In this document: positions 38,621 to 53,029 of the stretch, one piece after another
Numbering within the stretch: the stretch's first letter is position 1
Layout: each line of letters starts with the position of its first letter
Source: Chiloscyllium plagiosum
Lineage: Eukaryota
DNA length: 64,000 nt
NCBI RefSeq assembly: GCF_004010195.1
Contig: NC_057718.1
Span: 69,262,748 to 69,326,747 of the forward strand
Direction of reading: 5' to 3'
Notes under the pieces: generated by a model
The model's input: the letters and a program-made list of their open reading frames with translations, nothing else
Told to the model about the DNA's origin: nothing
Databases searched by the model: none
Translations under genes and position numbers: made by a program

Positions 38621-39469
38621 AATTTTACCAGATGCACTCTGATAATCCAGCAATACATGAATTCAAACAGCAAAGGCAGTAACTGTAAAGGTTCTCTCAC
38701 TCTCTCCTGCAATGACCTCATCATGTGCTTCCTTTGTCTGTTCTTCACCCTTTTAAAACTGCTGTTGTTTTGACTTTTGTTTTCCAAAGTTCCAAAACAA
38801 TGCAACAACATTTAAACAATAATTGCTGCTCCTGGAATTCGAGGAAATCACCTCCAGCACCTAAAATACGAGAAAAGGCAGAGAAAATTTTAAAAAGATT
38901 TTAGCACTAACCACAATATGGTTAAGTAGATGTAAGTATGTAAGTAAAAGACTAAGAGAGAGAAATTTGGCTTGCAGGAACAATGTCTTTGGTAGTTATG
39001 TGGGATCCTAATGTGCAAAAATGCCACACAAGGTATGTGCACACCATTTTGACCAAAGATATCTTGAGTTTTTTTCTTACTGTTGAAGTGCTCCAATCGT
39101 CTGTTTTTAATTTTCAAAGTATAGCTTATGGCTTGTTTCCAAAATCTTTACCCACCCTTCAGACATATCCTGTTGTGTAGCCCTGAAATCTAAGTTTTCC
39201 AATCTTCTTTCCCACTCTCTATTTTCCAGTGTTTTTTTCTCAAAGTCTTCTGAGATCCTGCCTTACCTTTTGGCTGTTTCCCTTTGATTCTGTTATAATT
39301 TCAGACCTTAGCTCTGGAAGAGTTTGGTTCCCAACCTGTCAACATGCTTTATTTTGTACTTTAAACCATTACTGCTACCTGCTTATTGAGATACTGGTCT
39401 GGAGTGTCTTGGGCTGTGGGTGTCTGCACATAAAAATACCTGAGGCTGTTTGTTCCTTATCTATAAGAA

Positions 39470-40520
39470 AGGCCCTGGTCTTGTGTGAAAGTATTTGCTG
39501 ACATCTTCAATTTCACCTTGCTACAATTTGAAATCTCCACCTAGTTCAAGAAGACCACCATCATCCCAGTACCAAAGAAAACATATGCAATGTGCTTCAA
39601 TGACTATCACCCAGTGGCTTTGAACTCCGTAACCATGAAGTGATTTGAGAGGTCATTCCCACATCAACACTAGCCTGCCTTGATCCTCTGCAATTTGCCT
39701 ATCAATGAAACAGGTCCCAACGGATGCCATTTCCCTCACCTATATTCACCCCTGAAACATCTGGATAACAAGAATACCTGCATCGGGTTCCTGCTCTTCG
39801 ACTACAGCTCTGTCTTCAGAACCATAATCCCAACCAAAGTAATCTCAAAACTTTGTGACCTAGGTCTCTGCTTCACCCTCTGAAACTGAATCCTCAGCTT
39901 CCCGAGTCCACAGTCAGTGAACTTAGATAATGGCACCTCCTGCACGACAATCCTCAACACTGGTGCCCCACAAGGACGTGTACTCCCTGTATACCTATGA
40001 CTGTGTAGCTAAATTCCATATTAATGCCATCAACAAATTTGCTGATGACACCACTATTGTAGGCCAGAAATCAAACAATGATGAGTCAGAATACAGGAAG
40101 GAGATAGAGTGCTTGGTGTTGTGGTGCAATGACAATAATCTAGGTTCTTTACTCAGCGAGTCGTGAGTTCATGGAATGCCCTGCCAGTAGCAGTGGTGGA
40201 CTCTCCCTCATTTTGGGCATTTAAGCGGGCCTTGGATAGGCATATGGAGGATAGTAGGCTAGTGTAGGTTAGGTGGGCTTGGATCGGCGCAACATCGAGG
40301 GCCGAAGGGCCTGTACTGCGCTGTATTCTTCTATGTTCTATGTTCTATGTTCTATGATAACGAACAATCTGTCCTGGACCTCCCATGTAGATACAGCAGT
40401 CAAGAAGGCACAACAATGCCTCTTCTTTCTCAGCTTTGGAAGTTTGGCAGGTCCATAAGGATGCTCACTAACTTTTGCAGATGCACCATAGTAAGCATTC
40501 TATCCGGGTGCATAATGGCT
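39470..40520 (+). mobile_element. Rex1/Babar LINE RT fragment, interrupted by young CR1 3' end (40141-40356)
   Basis: VFADIFN..FKKTTIIPVPKK..NDYHPVAL; LLFDYSSVF.TIIP; YSLYTYDC..KFADDTTIVG. Confidence 0.8.
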
Positions 40521-40522
40521 TG

Positions 40523-40830
40523 AACATAGAACACAGAACATAGAACACAAAACGTTACAGTGCAGAACAGGCCCTTCAGCCATTGATGTTGTGCTGACCT
40601 GCGGAATCAATCTGAAGCCCATCTAACCTACGCTATTCCATCCCTTTCCATATGCCTATCCAATGACCATTTAATTGTCCTTAAATTTGGCAAGTCTACT
40701 ACTGTTGCGGGCAGTGCATTCCACTTTCTGAGTAAAGAAACTATCTCTGACATCTGTCCTATATCTATCACTCCTCAATTTAAAGCTATGCCCTTTGTGC
40801 TGGCCATTGCCATCCGAGGAAAAAGGCTCT
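40523..40830 (-). mobile_element. CR1 3' fragment
   Basis: Homologous to 20308-20600; (TTCTATG)n tail. Confidence 0.85.
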
Positions 40831-40849
40831 CACTTGGCATGGCATCAGG

Positions 40850-40977
40850 ATTCCTGATGAAGAGCTTATGCTCAAAATGTTGACTCTCCTGTTCCTTGGA
40901 CGATGCCTGGCCGGCTGTACTTTTCCAGCACACCTTTTGACACTGATCTCCAGCATCTGCAGCCCTCACTTTCTCCA
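40850..40977 (+). mobile_element. Penelope-like pLTR with degenerate hammerhead
   Basis: CTGATGA-A-GAGC-ttat-GCTC-aAAA; homologous to 4439-4565. Confidence 0.8.
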
Positions 40978-40979
40978 AC

Positions 40980-43900
40980 TGGGGAACAGGCAATATTGGA
41001 TTTAGTGTTGTGCAAAGAGGCAGGCTTGATCATAGAACCTAAGGTGGAGGAACCCTTAGGAGGCAGTGAACATAACATGATCAAATTTACTCTGCAATTT
41101 GAAAGAGAGAAGATAGAATCAGAGGTAACAGTATTTCAGCTGAATAAAGGCAACTACAGAGGCATGAGGGAGAACTTGGGTAGAATTGACTAGGAGAGGA
41201 GCCTGGTGGGAAAGACAGTGGAACAGCAATGGCAGGAGTTTCTGGGAGTAACTCAGGAGACAGAGCAGAGATTCATCGTGAGGTAAAAGAAGCACGGTAC
41301 AGGGAAGGTGAGGCAACCATGGCTGACTAGGGAAATCAGAGATAGCATGAAAGCAAAACAGAAGCATATAAAGTAGGGAAGAACTGTGGGAAACCAGAGG
41401 ATTGGGAAAATTACAATGACCAACAGAGGGCAACAAAAAATGAAAAAGGAGGGAGAAGATTAAATATGACAGTAAGCTAACCGTTAATATAAAGGAAGAC
41501 TGTAAGAGTTTCTTTCGATATATAAAGGGGAAAAGAGAGGTAAAAGTGGACATTGGGCCACTGGAAAAAGACGCTGGAGAGGTAGTAGTGGGGAACAAAG
41601 AAATGATTGAGGAACTGAATAATTACTTCGCATCAGTCTTCACAGTGGAAGACACAAGTAATTTCCCAAAACTTCAAGAGAGTGAGGGGGCAGACCTGAG
41701 TATGGTAGCCATCAACAAGGAGAAGGTGCTAGAAAAATTGAATGAGGTGAAGGTGGATAAATCACCTGGACTAGATAAGACTACACCCCAGCGTTCTATG
41801 GGAGATAGCCGAAAAGAGGCTGGAGGCATTAGTAGTAGAAGCAGGGTGGTCCCAAAGAACTGGAAAATCACTAACATGACACCCTTGTTTAAAAAAGGAG
41901 TAAGGCAAAGGATGGAAAATTACAGATTAATTAACCTAACCTCAGTCATGGGTAGGATACTGGCTTCCATTGTGAAAGATGAGATTTCTGAATACTTAGA
42001 AGTGTGTGGTAAAATGGGGCAGAGTCAACATGGTTTCATAGAACATAGAACATAGAAGAATACAGCGCAGTACAGGCCCTTTGGCCCTCGATGTTGCGCC
42101 GATCCAAGCCCACCTAACCTACATTAGCCCACTATCCTCCATATGCCTATCCAATGCGCATTTAAATGCCCATAATGAGGGAGAGTCCACCACTGCTACA
42201 GGCAGGGCATTCCATGAACTCACGACTCGCTGAGTAAAGAACCTACCCCTAACATCTGTTCTATACCTACCCCCCCTTAATTTAAAGCTATGCCCCCTTG
42301 TAATAGCTGACTCCGTACGTGGAAAAAGATTGTTGGCTGCTTGCTGTTCCAGACATGTATGTTCGACAGCAACTCCCAATATTTGTGAGCACACTCCAAA
42401 GGTAATAACCTACAACCCATCATGGATGGACATTGACATTGGATATCCTCATGGCACAACTGCAAGCCCTCACAATACAGGTCTAATGTAATGTTATACA
42501 ACTGCTGCATACTGGAGAGAGCCATCACCTTTCATTGTAATGCTGCTACCTGCACACATTGTACACAGAGGAAAGCAGCCAGCTCATGGATTGGACCAGG
42601 GCTCATCTCAGGGCTCCTCTCTTAACGCACGCTCACTTTGCACTGACTTGCATGATCACAATGTCGTTGGTTTGTTTTGCCCAACCTTCTAACCCCTCTT
42701 CCAGGTCATTTATAAAAATGACAAACAGCAATGGTCCCAAAACAGATCCTTGCGGAACACCGCTAGTGACGGCACTCCAAGATGAACCTTTGCCATCAAC
42801 TACTACCCTCTGTCTTCTTCCAGCCAGCCAACTCCTAATCCAAACCTCCAACTCACCCTCAATGCCATACCTCCGTATTTTTTGCAGTGGTCTACCATGG
42901 GGAACCTTATCAAACGCCTTACTAAAATCCATATACACCACATCTACCGCTTTCTCCTCGTCCACCTCCTTAGTCACCTTCTCAAAGAATTAATAAGGTT
43001 TGTGAGGCACAACCTGCCCTTCACAAAACCATGCTGACTATCCTTGATCACATTATTCCTATCCAGATGTTCATAAATCCTATCCCTTACAATTCTCTCT
43101 AAGATTTTGCCCACAACAGAAGTGAGACTCACCGGCCTATAGTTACTAGGGTTATCCCTACTCCCCATCAAGGGTAGGTCATGCCTGTCAAATTTGCTAG
43201 AATTCTTTGAGGAAGTAATGAGCAGAGTAGACCAAGGAGAACTGATGGATATTATCTACCTGAACTTCAAGAAGTCCTTTCACAAGGTGTCACACAGGAG
43301 GCTACTGAGTAAGATAAAGTCCCATGGTGTTAGAGGCGTGGATAGAAGATTGGCTTTCAGGCAGAAAGCAGAGAGTGGGGATTTCTCAGGATGGCAGCCA
43401 GTGACAAATGGTTTTCCATCAGGAGAAACCGAGGAATGCAGATGGTGAATATCAGAGTTGAGAGTGTGGTGCTAGAAAAGCACAGCAGCTCAGCCAGCAT
43501 CTGAGGAACAGGAGAATAAACGTTTCAGGCATAAGCTCTTCATCAGGAAGCCCTTCATCAGGAAGGGTGTTGTGCAAGACTCTGTTGGAACCACAACTTT
43601 TCCCTTTATACATTAACAATCTCAGTGAAGGAATTTAGGGCATTTTGGCTAAGCTTGCAGATGATACAAAGGTAGGTAGAGTGACAGGTAGCATTGAGGA
43701 GGCGGGGAGGCTGCAGAAGAATTTGGACAGATTAGGAGCGTTGGCAAAGAAGTGGCAGATGGAGTACAGTGTGGGAAAGTGTGAGGTCATGCACCTTGGT
43801 AGGAATAATAGAAGCATGGACTATTTTCTAAATGGGGAGAAAATTCAGAAGTCTGAAGTGCAAAGAAATTGGAGAGTTCTAGTCCAGGGTTCTCTTAAGG

Positions 43901-44500
43901 TGAACTTGCAGGTTGGGTCAGTAGTCAGGAAGGCAAATGCAAAGATGGCATTTATTTTTAAAGGACTTGAATATAAAATCAGGGATGTACTTCTGAGGCT
44001 CTATAAGGCTCTGGTCAGGCCACATTTGGAGTATTGCCCACAGTTTTGGGCCCCATAACTGAGGAAGGATGTACGGCCTTGGAGCGTGTTCAGAGGAGGC
44101 TCATGAGAATGTTCCCAGGAATGAACAGCTTAACATATGAGGAATGTTTGCCCACACTGTGTCTATACTCGAAATTTAGAAGGATGAGGGGGGATCTAAT
44201 TGAAACTTAGAGAATACTGAATGGCTTGGAGAGAGTGGATGTTGGAAAGATGTTACAATTGGTAGGAGAGCTTAAACCCGAGAGCACAGCCTTAGAGTAA
44301 AAGGAAGACCTTTTAGAATGGAGATAAGGAGAAACTTCTTCAGCCAGAGAGTGGTAAATCTATGGAATTCATTGCCACAAAAGGTTGTGGAGGTCAGGTC
44401 ATTTAATATATTTAAGACTCTGATAGACAGGTTCTTGATTGTCAAGGGGATCAAGGGTTACGGGGAGAAAGTGGGAGAATGGGGTTGAGAAATGTATCGC
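40980..44500 (+). mobile_element. Decayed CR1 ORF2, interrupted by 42037-43167 (CR1 chimera, minus) and 43420-43565 (Penelope pLTR, minus)
   Basis: ORFs 40903.., 41546.., 43194.., 43645.. with EN/RT motifs (LADDTK). Confidence 0.85.
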
Positions 44501-46689
44501 CTGTGATATTTTTTCATCTCTTAACCATCACTAGTAAACCGCTTGTGTTTTCCAGTTGATTAATTTATATGTAAAGCCAATTAAGAGCAATACACACCAC
44601 CAAAGGTGAGGGAGAGGTAGGGAGAGAGGGTGGGGGCTAAATCAAAATTGAAGGGGGCATAAAGCACTCTACCCTGTCTAGTACCCACCTCTCTCTCAAG
44701 ACATCAAGAGAATTGGTGGACACAGCATGCTCTTCTTCTAAGAACACCTGGGCACAACGTAGCAATGGAAAAGGGCTGATAGTTGGTAGCTGTGATCCCC
44801 TCCGCAGCCAACTGCCTGGACTAGTTCAGAGCTAACTTGGCCAGGCTCAGAAGTAGATGCACAAAGGAGGTCATCTGACTTGCCTACACCCTTTGCACCA
44901 GATGCCCAAAGATCAGGGTGCATTCTTGCTCTTTAGGAACAAAGATAAACATTGGCTGTTGTTTTTTCCTTTGGGAAAGTACCCAATAATGATGCAGTGG
45001 TAGTATCCCGATCTCTAAGCCAGGAAGCTTGATTTCAGGTCCCACCTGTTCCACATGAATGTAACAACATCGCTAGATGATCATATTGGTGGGATGAATT
45101 GTTTACTGTGTTTAGCTAAATTTGGTCAGGCTGTTTTTCTTTTCAGTTTGCTGGCTTGAGCAAAGAGTGGTCACTATACCAGTTGGCTTGTTGGAGATGG
45201 TTAGACTGGCCCTAGCAGTGCAATATGTGATAGAATTGTTCTTTGAAGCAACCCCTGCTGTGGGGTCCTATGGTGTTGTTGGAATTGCACCTCCCATTCA
45301 CTGTTGTTTGGATACCAATAGATGATATTGTGGACAGGTCCTGCCTCAAAGCAGTTTGACACACAAATCCCTCCACAAAAAACTGTAGTGCTGATTCATA
45401 AGGATATGTGAAATTTTTCATACCCTGTGCCAGAGTGCCATAGTGCCATAGTTATGCAGGCCAAGACTTTCAATGAGGCACCCATAGACCAAGGATGCGA
45501 ACTGTGGAGGATTGGAGGAGATCTGGTGTCAGATGCATATCATCTGAGAGGATGGAGTTATTTATTCTCTCAGAACTTAAATCATTTGTGCCCACTGATG
45601 GAGGGCTCCATGTTCCTCAAATCCTCAGTCATTCTGAACTATATCTCCCAGGAAAAGTTTTTCAAATAGCTGTGAGTCTGTACCTCCTATATGCTAACAA
45701 TTATTATAGCTCTGGCAGGGACTTTTTTCTTGGAGATGGAAGCTTCTGCTTTGGCACACTGCCCTACAATGGCCTCCCCTCCTGTAGACAAAGCAGTTTA
45801 TCTTGGTGGTGGGGCACATTCTGCAGGAATGGGCTGTTTTAGTGTCACATCTGGAACAAGAGTTATTGGTGACTCCGATGCTTCCTCTGACCTTAGCTAT
45901 GTTGAAGCACCTTCAGTCATCAAAATGCACTGAGTCAATAAGTTAGTCAGATGAACTTTGTTTCCCTCTAATTAGATGTGTGCTCACACAGCTTAGCTAG
46001 CTGAATGATTTTACCTGCCTCCAGATAGTCTGACAGCACTTTGTGATATAACCCACAATGAGTGAGTCTCAGATTATCTCTTCCCTCCTGCTGGATTCTG
46101 CTCCACATTTGGCAACTTGCTCTCCATGGTTGATCAGTCTTCGCCGGTCATTGTCTGTTGTGGTCTCCTTTATTTATTCTATTCATTTTTTGCTGTTTTT
46201 TTCCTTTCAATTTGCTATACTGCTACTTTGCACCTTTGACTCATCAGAAAATGGCCGTCTCTGCTGCTCAACTTCGTTTTAAACTTTATGCCAGTACATT
46301 CTCAATAAAATTCTTAAATGAGTGTCACAATTGCTGTTGAAATTGCATCCTCAGCAGCACAAACTTCCACCCATACAAATGTTTATATCTTCTTCATTAG
46401 AAAACAAGTTCATCTAAGTAGTACTTGCATATAGCACAGCAGACATTAATGCTTATTGGTCTTAATTCTATAGTATCCTGGTCTAGTACCATACAATTTT
46501 TCTCTCTGTATAGGCACTGCTGAATGCCATTCCTGCTGTTCAACAGCAAATATATTTGGTATTACTTTTGTTTATAGGTAGCAGAAAGCAGGTATGGATA
46601 AGTATCATTTTTATTAGACTATGTAGATTTTACACAGCACAGCATAGAATGAGTCTTTCTACTCATGCTGATATGACTGTCAGAAAGTT

Positions 46690-47120
46690 GACTTATCTAG
46701 AATGGCTAAACAGATTAAGTCAACCATTAGAGTTTCGAAAAATGAAGGATAATCTTATTTAAACATACAAAATTCTAAGAAGGCTTGACAAAGTTGTTGT
46801 TGAAAAGTTGTTTCCACTCATGGGGGCATGTTAAACTAGGATACATAGTTACAGAATAAGGGAACATTCATTTAAAACTGAGATGAGAAGGAATTTCTTC
46901 CCTAGTGGGTACTGAATGTCTGGAATTCCCTAACCCAGAGAGTTGTGAAGGCTAGAAAATATGTTAAGATGATGTAGATAGATTTGTGAAATATTGGGGA
47001 ATTGAGGCTATGATGAGCTGGAACAAAAGAGCAAGTGATATCTGGGGCAGATCAGCCACGATCTTGTGGAATGGCAAGGTAAGTTTGAAGGGACAAATGG
47101 CCTAATCTTGCTTCAACTTT
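46690..47120 (+). mobile_element. Old CR1 3' fragment
   Basis: Similarity to CR1 ORF2 C-terminus and 3' UTR. Confidence 0.65.
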
Positions 47121-47986
47121 TTTTTAAGTTATTATGAGTCTTCAACAGATATCCTATTGATGCTAACTTACACTACACATTGCTCTGCCTTGAAAATCAA
47201 GTCTACTCATATTCCATTAATCTCTTTCAATTTCAGCATTAGCTATTTCAATACTACCTATGTAGTATATAAATTATTTAGACTTGGGAATTAGAATTAT
47301 AATTTCAACATTTTCAGACAATGCATGATTGTAGATACTGAGAATAGAGGAAAACCACTCCTTAGTAACGTTTAAAAATTGAGGCCATAATAAATAAGTT
47401 TATTTAGGAATTGATGAGAAACATTGTTATCTAGATATTGGAAAAAATGTGAAAATTGCTCCCACATGAATTATTTGAGGTAATTAAAACAGAAACATTT
47501 AAGGGAAAGCAAGAAATGAACGGGTTGATTGATACAGTGAGATAAAAAAAATGGAGAGGAGGTTTATGTGGAATATACACTCCAGGATAAATCAGTTGGG
47601 TCAATTTACCATTTTTGTGTTCCAAACGTGTATACTTGTGTTGCCCATAGTTTCTTCTTATATGCAGTGTCTATAAGTAATAATGTATTGACTCATTAAA
47701 TTTCAGAAGACCTGTCTATAATTATTCATGAAGAAATACAAGAAGATTTTTTTTACTAAACAAATGATTTTAATGGAAGTTAATTATTCCACAAGGATTT
47801 CTGTCAATAGAGTCTTGATACAAATCTAAATGCATAATAATAAGATAAATTAATTTCAACAAAACTTATACTTTTGCAGTTCTGCCAAGCAAATTAGATA
47901 CATCAAAAAGAATGTCACCCTGAAATGCAAGCCTTAATTTCAAATAGCTGAAAGTATATTTATGAAGTATAGCAAGACTTAAAGGA

Positions 47987-48297
47987 AGCACGGTGGATCA
48001 GTGGTTAGCACTGCTGCCTCACAGTGCCAGAGACACAGGTTCAATTCCCACCTCGGGCAACTGTCTGTGTGGAGTTTGCATGTTCTCCCTGTGGATTTCC
48101 TCCCACAATCTAAAGGTGTGCAGGTTAGGTGAATTGGCCATGCTAAATTAGGTGTGCAGGTTAGGTGAATTGGCCATGCTAAATTACCCATAGTGTTAGG
48201 TGCATTAGTCAGGGGAATAGGCCTGGGTGGGTTGCTCTTCGGAGGGTCGGTGTGGACTTGTTTGGCCTGTTTCCACACTGTAGGGAATCTAATCTAA
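47987..48297 (+). mobile_element. HE1-type V-SINE with internal tandem duplication of about 36 bp
   Basis: GCACGGTGGATCAGTGGTTAGCAC head; AGGTGTGCAGGTTAGGTGAATTGGCCATGCTAAATT twice; (TCTAA)n tail. Confidence 0.9.
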
Positions 48298-48889
48298 TAA
48301 AATGAAAGATATGTCCTGCATTTCTATTTAGATTCAGTTGGAGCACATTATGAAAAAACTTGAAATTGAAGATCAGAGATCTTCATGCACAATATAGAAA
48401 ATAACTATGGTTTTCATTGACAGTGAAGGATCTGCTGGAATATTAGGATCACTATGAATGTCTAGGTGATTCCAAACACTCAGTTCACTGACGAGAAGTA
48501 TAAGTTTACATTGTACAATGAATAAATCCTGGAACTCATGACAACTGTTATCCCTGTTGTAAGCTGTCCACTTCTTTTTGTCATGTCCAAATCTCATTAC
48601 TATTAGCTCTAAAAATAGAATGTGTCTCTGCTTTGATCCAGCATTGTGCAACCTAACTGGATTCAATGTTCATTAGCATTGTGACAAGATGTAAACAAAA
48701 GTAGAGCAAAAACTATAAATAATGACCCTACGTACTTACACTTGCTAGTTCTTGACGCCCAGCCCCACTTCTGAAGTTTAGCACATTATAGAAATATATG
48801 AATGGTTCATATGAACAGTTGGAGCAGTATTAGGCCACTTATCCACTCTAGCCTGTTACAGATTACGTTTGATACTTGACCAAAATTCA

Positions 48890-49560
48890 CAAAGTTCAGC
48901 ATGTTTTGCTAAGGGGAGGTCATGTCTTACCAATTTGATTAGGTTTCTTGAAGAGGAGACCAGATATGTAGATAAGGGCAATGTTTTTAATGTAATTTAT
49001 GTGGACTTCAGCAAGACTTTTCGTTATAGCTAACATGGGAGACTGAAAGCAAATGTAAAAGCCCATGGGATCCAAGGAAATTTGGCAAATTAATTCCATA
49101 ATTCTCTGAGTGGCAGGAAGCAGAGGTGATGTTTAGGGTTTTTTATTGGAAGCCTGCATTCAGTAGGATTCCACAGGACTCAGTGTCACAGCCTGTCATA
49201 TAAAGCATTTAAACTTGAATGTAAGAGCATTGATCAGTAAGTTCACATCTGTTCTGAAAATTGTTGGTGTGGAAAATAGTGAGGATAGCCTTAGAAACCA
49301 GGAAAATATAGAGTCACACAGCACGGAAACAGTTTTCATTCTGACCGGATTTCTCCAATTAAACCAGTCTGATTTGCCTATGTTTGGCCCATATCCCTCT
49401 AAATCTTTCCTATTCATGTATCTATCCAAATGTCTTACAAGGTCAATGCTCAACCTCCTATGCTCCAGGGCAAACATCACAGCTTATCCAGCCTCTCCTT
49501 ATAACTCAAATCCTCCAGTCCTGGTTACATCCTCATAAATCTTTTCTGCACCCTTTCAAA
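48890..49560. mobile_element. CR1 fragments (plus RT piece, minus 3' end)
   Basis: GRSCLTNL/YVDFSK-like motifs; CR1 3' UTR. Confidence 0.65.
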
Positions 49561-50099
49561 TTCCAAAAGCAAGGCAGTCAAAAATTGTAAACTAGAAAAC
49601 ATGGCAATATGGCACTGCCTCCAATCATGAAGGTCTACTGCCTTACTTTGTCTCACTCTACTTAATGAATGGCACCCATCAAGCTATGTATTACCAAGTG
49701 TTTCTCTCCAATGGAGAGAGACGTGTATGTTCCTTTGTGGATAATGGTTTATGAAATCAGTTCTGATACCATTATTATAGATTGCTGTCTAAATTTGTAT
49801 CTGGGATTCTTCATACTGTGAACTATTGATTATAAACATGTTTTTTGAAAAGGTATTGAATGGATGACTAGCATTTCCTCACAATCATCGTTGGCTATTT
49901 ATTACATCTCCAAGAGCCAGAAACATGCATGCATGTGTGGCATAGTTCCGAAATCTTTGTTAACATTGAGAGATTAACGCAATTATTTCTCTTCAGTTGT
50001 CTTTTATTCATTGTTGATGAACTATAAACCAAATTCAAATGCAAAATATTCGTAATGCTGGAAATTTGAAGTGAAAACAGAGAATGCTGCATTTTACAT

Positions 50100-52650
50100 A
50101 TATGTTGCATAGACAGGCTGGTCAGATGGGCTGATTAGTAGCAAATGGAATCTAAATTTAAATAATGTGAGGTGATGCACTTGGGCAGGACAAACAAGGC
50201 AAGTGAATACGTAAAGCCATAAGACATTGGAGCAGAAATTAGGCCATTCAGCCTATCGAGTCTGCTCCACCATTCAATCATGGCTGTTAAGTCTCTCGAC
50301 ACCATTCTTCCGCTTTCTCCCCATAACCCTTGATCCCTTTGACAATCAAGAACCTATCTATTTCAGTCTTAAATCTGTTCAATGACCTGGCCTCCACTGC
50401 GTTCTGTGACATTGAATTCCATAGATTCACTGTTCTCTGGTTGAAGACGTTTCTCCTTATCTCCATTCTAAAAGGTCTTTCTTTTACTCTAAGGCTGTGC
50501 CTTGAGTCCCAGTCTTTCCTACCAATGGAACCATCTTCCCAATGTCTACTCTCTCCAGGCAATTCAGTATTCTGTAAATTTCAATTAGATTTCTCCTCAT
50601 CCTTCTAAGCTCCATCGAGTATTCTCATGAACCTCCTCTGAGCTCGGTCCAGGGCCAGTACATCCTTCCTGAGATATGGTCCCAAAACTGCACACAATAC
50701 TCCAACTGGGTCTGACCAGGGCCTTATAGAGCCACAGAAGTACATTCCTGCTTTTATATTCAGGTCCTTTCAAAATAAATGCCATCATTACATTTGCCTT
50801 CCTAACCACCTGCTGACTCAACCTGCAAATTTACTTTGAGAGAATCCTGGAATAGAACTCCCAAGTCTCTTTGCACTTCAGACTTCTGAATTTTCTCTCC
50901 ATTTAGAAAATAGTCCATGCCTCTATTCTTCCTGCCAAAGCGCATGACCTCACACGTTGTACTCCATCTGCCACTTCTTTGCCCATTATCCTAACCTGAT
51001 CAAATCCTTCTGCAGCCTCCCTGCCTCCGCAATGCTACCTGTCCCTCTACCTATCTTTGTATTGTCTGAAAACCTAGCTAGAATGCTGTCAGTTCCTTCA
51101 GCTAGATTGTTAATGTATAAAGTGAAAAGTTGTGATCCCAAAACTGAGACTTGTAGAACTGGTTTCCATCCTAAGAAGAACCCTTTTATCCTTACTCTCT
51201 GCACCAGACAGCCAAGCTTCTATCATGTTAGCACCTTGCCTTTAATGCCATGGGCCCTTATCTTACTCAGTAGCCTCTTGTACGGCACTTTGTGAAAGAT
51301 CGTCTTGAAGTCCAGGTAAACTTGGTCTAACTTGCTCGTAACTTCTTCAGAGAATTCTAGCAGACTTATCAGGCATCACCTCCCCTTGATGACTATACTG
51401 ATTTTGCCTATTTTACCATACACTTCCAAGTAATCAGAAACCTTACCCTTCACAATGGATTCCAGTACCTTACCCATGACTGAGGTTAGGCTAATTGGTC
51501 TGTAATTTTCCATCCTTTGCCGTACTCCCTTTTTAAACATGGTTTTAATGTTAGCGATTTTTTAGTCCTTCGGTACCCTCCCTTTCGTTAGTGATTTCTG
51601 AAAGATCACCAATAACGCCTCCACTATTTCTTTAGCTATGTCCCTTAGAATTCTGGGGTGTAGTCTATCTGGTTCAGGTGATTTATCCACCTTCAGGTCA
51701 TTCAGTTTTTCTAGCAACTTCTCCTTGGTGATGGCCACTATACTTGGCTCTGCCCACTCACTCTCTTATAGTTTTGGGATATTACTCATGCCTTCCACCG
51801 TGAAGACTGATGCGAAGTAATTATTTAGTTCCTCAGCTATTTCCTTGTTCCCCACTAGTATCTCTACAGCATCATTTTCCAGCGCCCCAATGTCCACTTT
51901 TGCCTCTCTTTTACCATTTATATATGATGAACGGATGGACCCTGGGAAACACTAAGGATCAGTGGGACATTGGTGTGCATGTATACCTGTCCCTTAAGGT
52001 AACAGGATAGGTGGATAAGTGGTTAAGAGGGCATAAGGTACACTTGCCTTCATTAGCTGAAGCATAAGGTTTACAAGCACGGAGGTGATATAATTGTATA
52101 AAAGATTAGTTAGGCCATAGCTTCTGCAATGTGTGCAGTTCTGGAATCCACATTACAAGAGGGAAGTGATTGCACTGGTTAGGGTGCTGAGGCGGTTTAC
52201 CAGACTATTGCCTGGTCTGGTGAGTTTCAATTATGAAGTGAGATTGGACAGACTGGGTTGTTTTCCTTGGAGCAGAGGAGATTGAGAACGGGCACAATTA
52301 AAATGTTTAAAATTATGAGGAGCATAGAAAGTGTAGTGAGGAAGAAATGTTTTGCTTTGATGGAGGGATCATTGATCATGGAGCACAGATTTAAGGTAAA
52401 GGATAGGAAATTTTGAGGTGATGTGAAGGAAAATCTTTTCACCAAGAGGATGGTGAGAATCTGAAACTCACTGCCTGTAAAGGTGGTAGAGGCAGAAATC
52501 CTCATAATATTTAAGATGTATTTAGATGTACACATGTGATTCCAAGGCATACAAGGCTATGGGGGCCAAGTACTGAAAAATGGGATCAGAGTAGTTAGGT
52601 TTTTGACTGACCCAGACTTGATAGGCCAAAGGGTCCTTTTTTCTATGATT
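50100..52650. mobile_element. Old plus-strand CR1 3' part interrupted by a minus-strand CR1 (50217-51925)
   Basis: ORFs 50287.., 50597.., 50986.. on minus; plus-strand CR1 resumes at about 51925. Confidence 0.8.
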
Positions 52651-53029
52651 AAACTTTTACCATCTTTGCAATTGAAGTGGTTCTTAAATTCAGTCCTGAA
52701 AAGCCTTGATCTAATTTTTAGGTTATGACCCAAACCTGTCAATACTCTTGGAACAGATAGTTACAATGATAATCATACCAAAAAAAAAAGTACTCGCATT
52801 CTTTTCTATGTTCTTTGTAGTCAAATATCTGAATGCAGCTGGTCCCTGATACTGCCATCGTAACCTGCTTTATAGGGCTCGATGCAGAACAAGGGTGGTG
52901 AAGCCACCTTTTTCATGACATCACATGATCTAGTAAGCCCCTTAACTGCAGCAGTAAACAGCATAGTGGTTAACACAGAAAGGTAGTTTCAAAGAAATGT
53001 TTGTATATATTAATATAGCATTTTAGTTT

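Noticed and set aside
45122..45933. Cluster of short ORFs as a possible host exon or LINE ORF1
   Set aside because: No recognisable domain, consistent frame or convincing splice sites.
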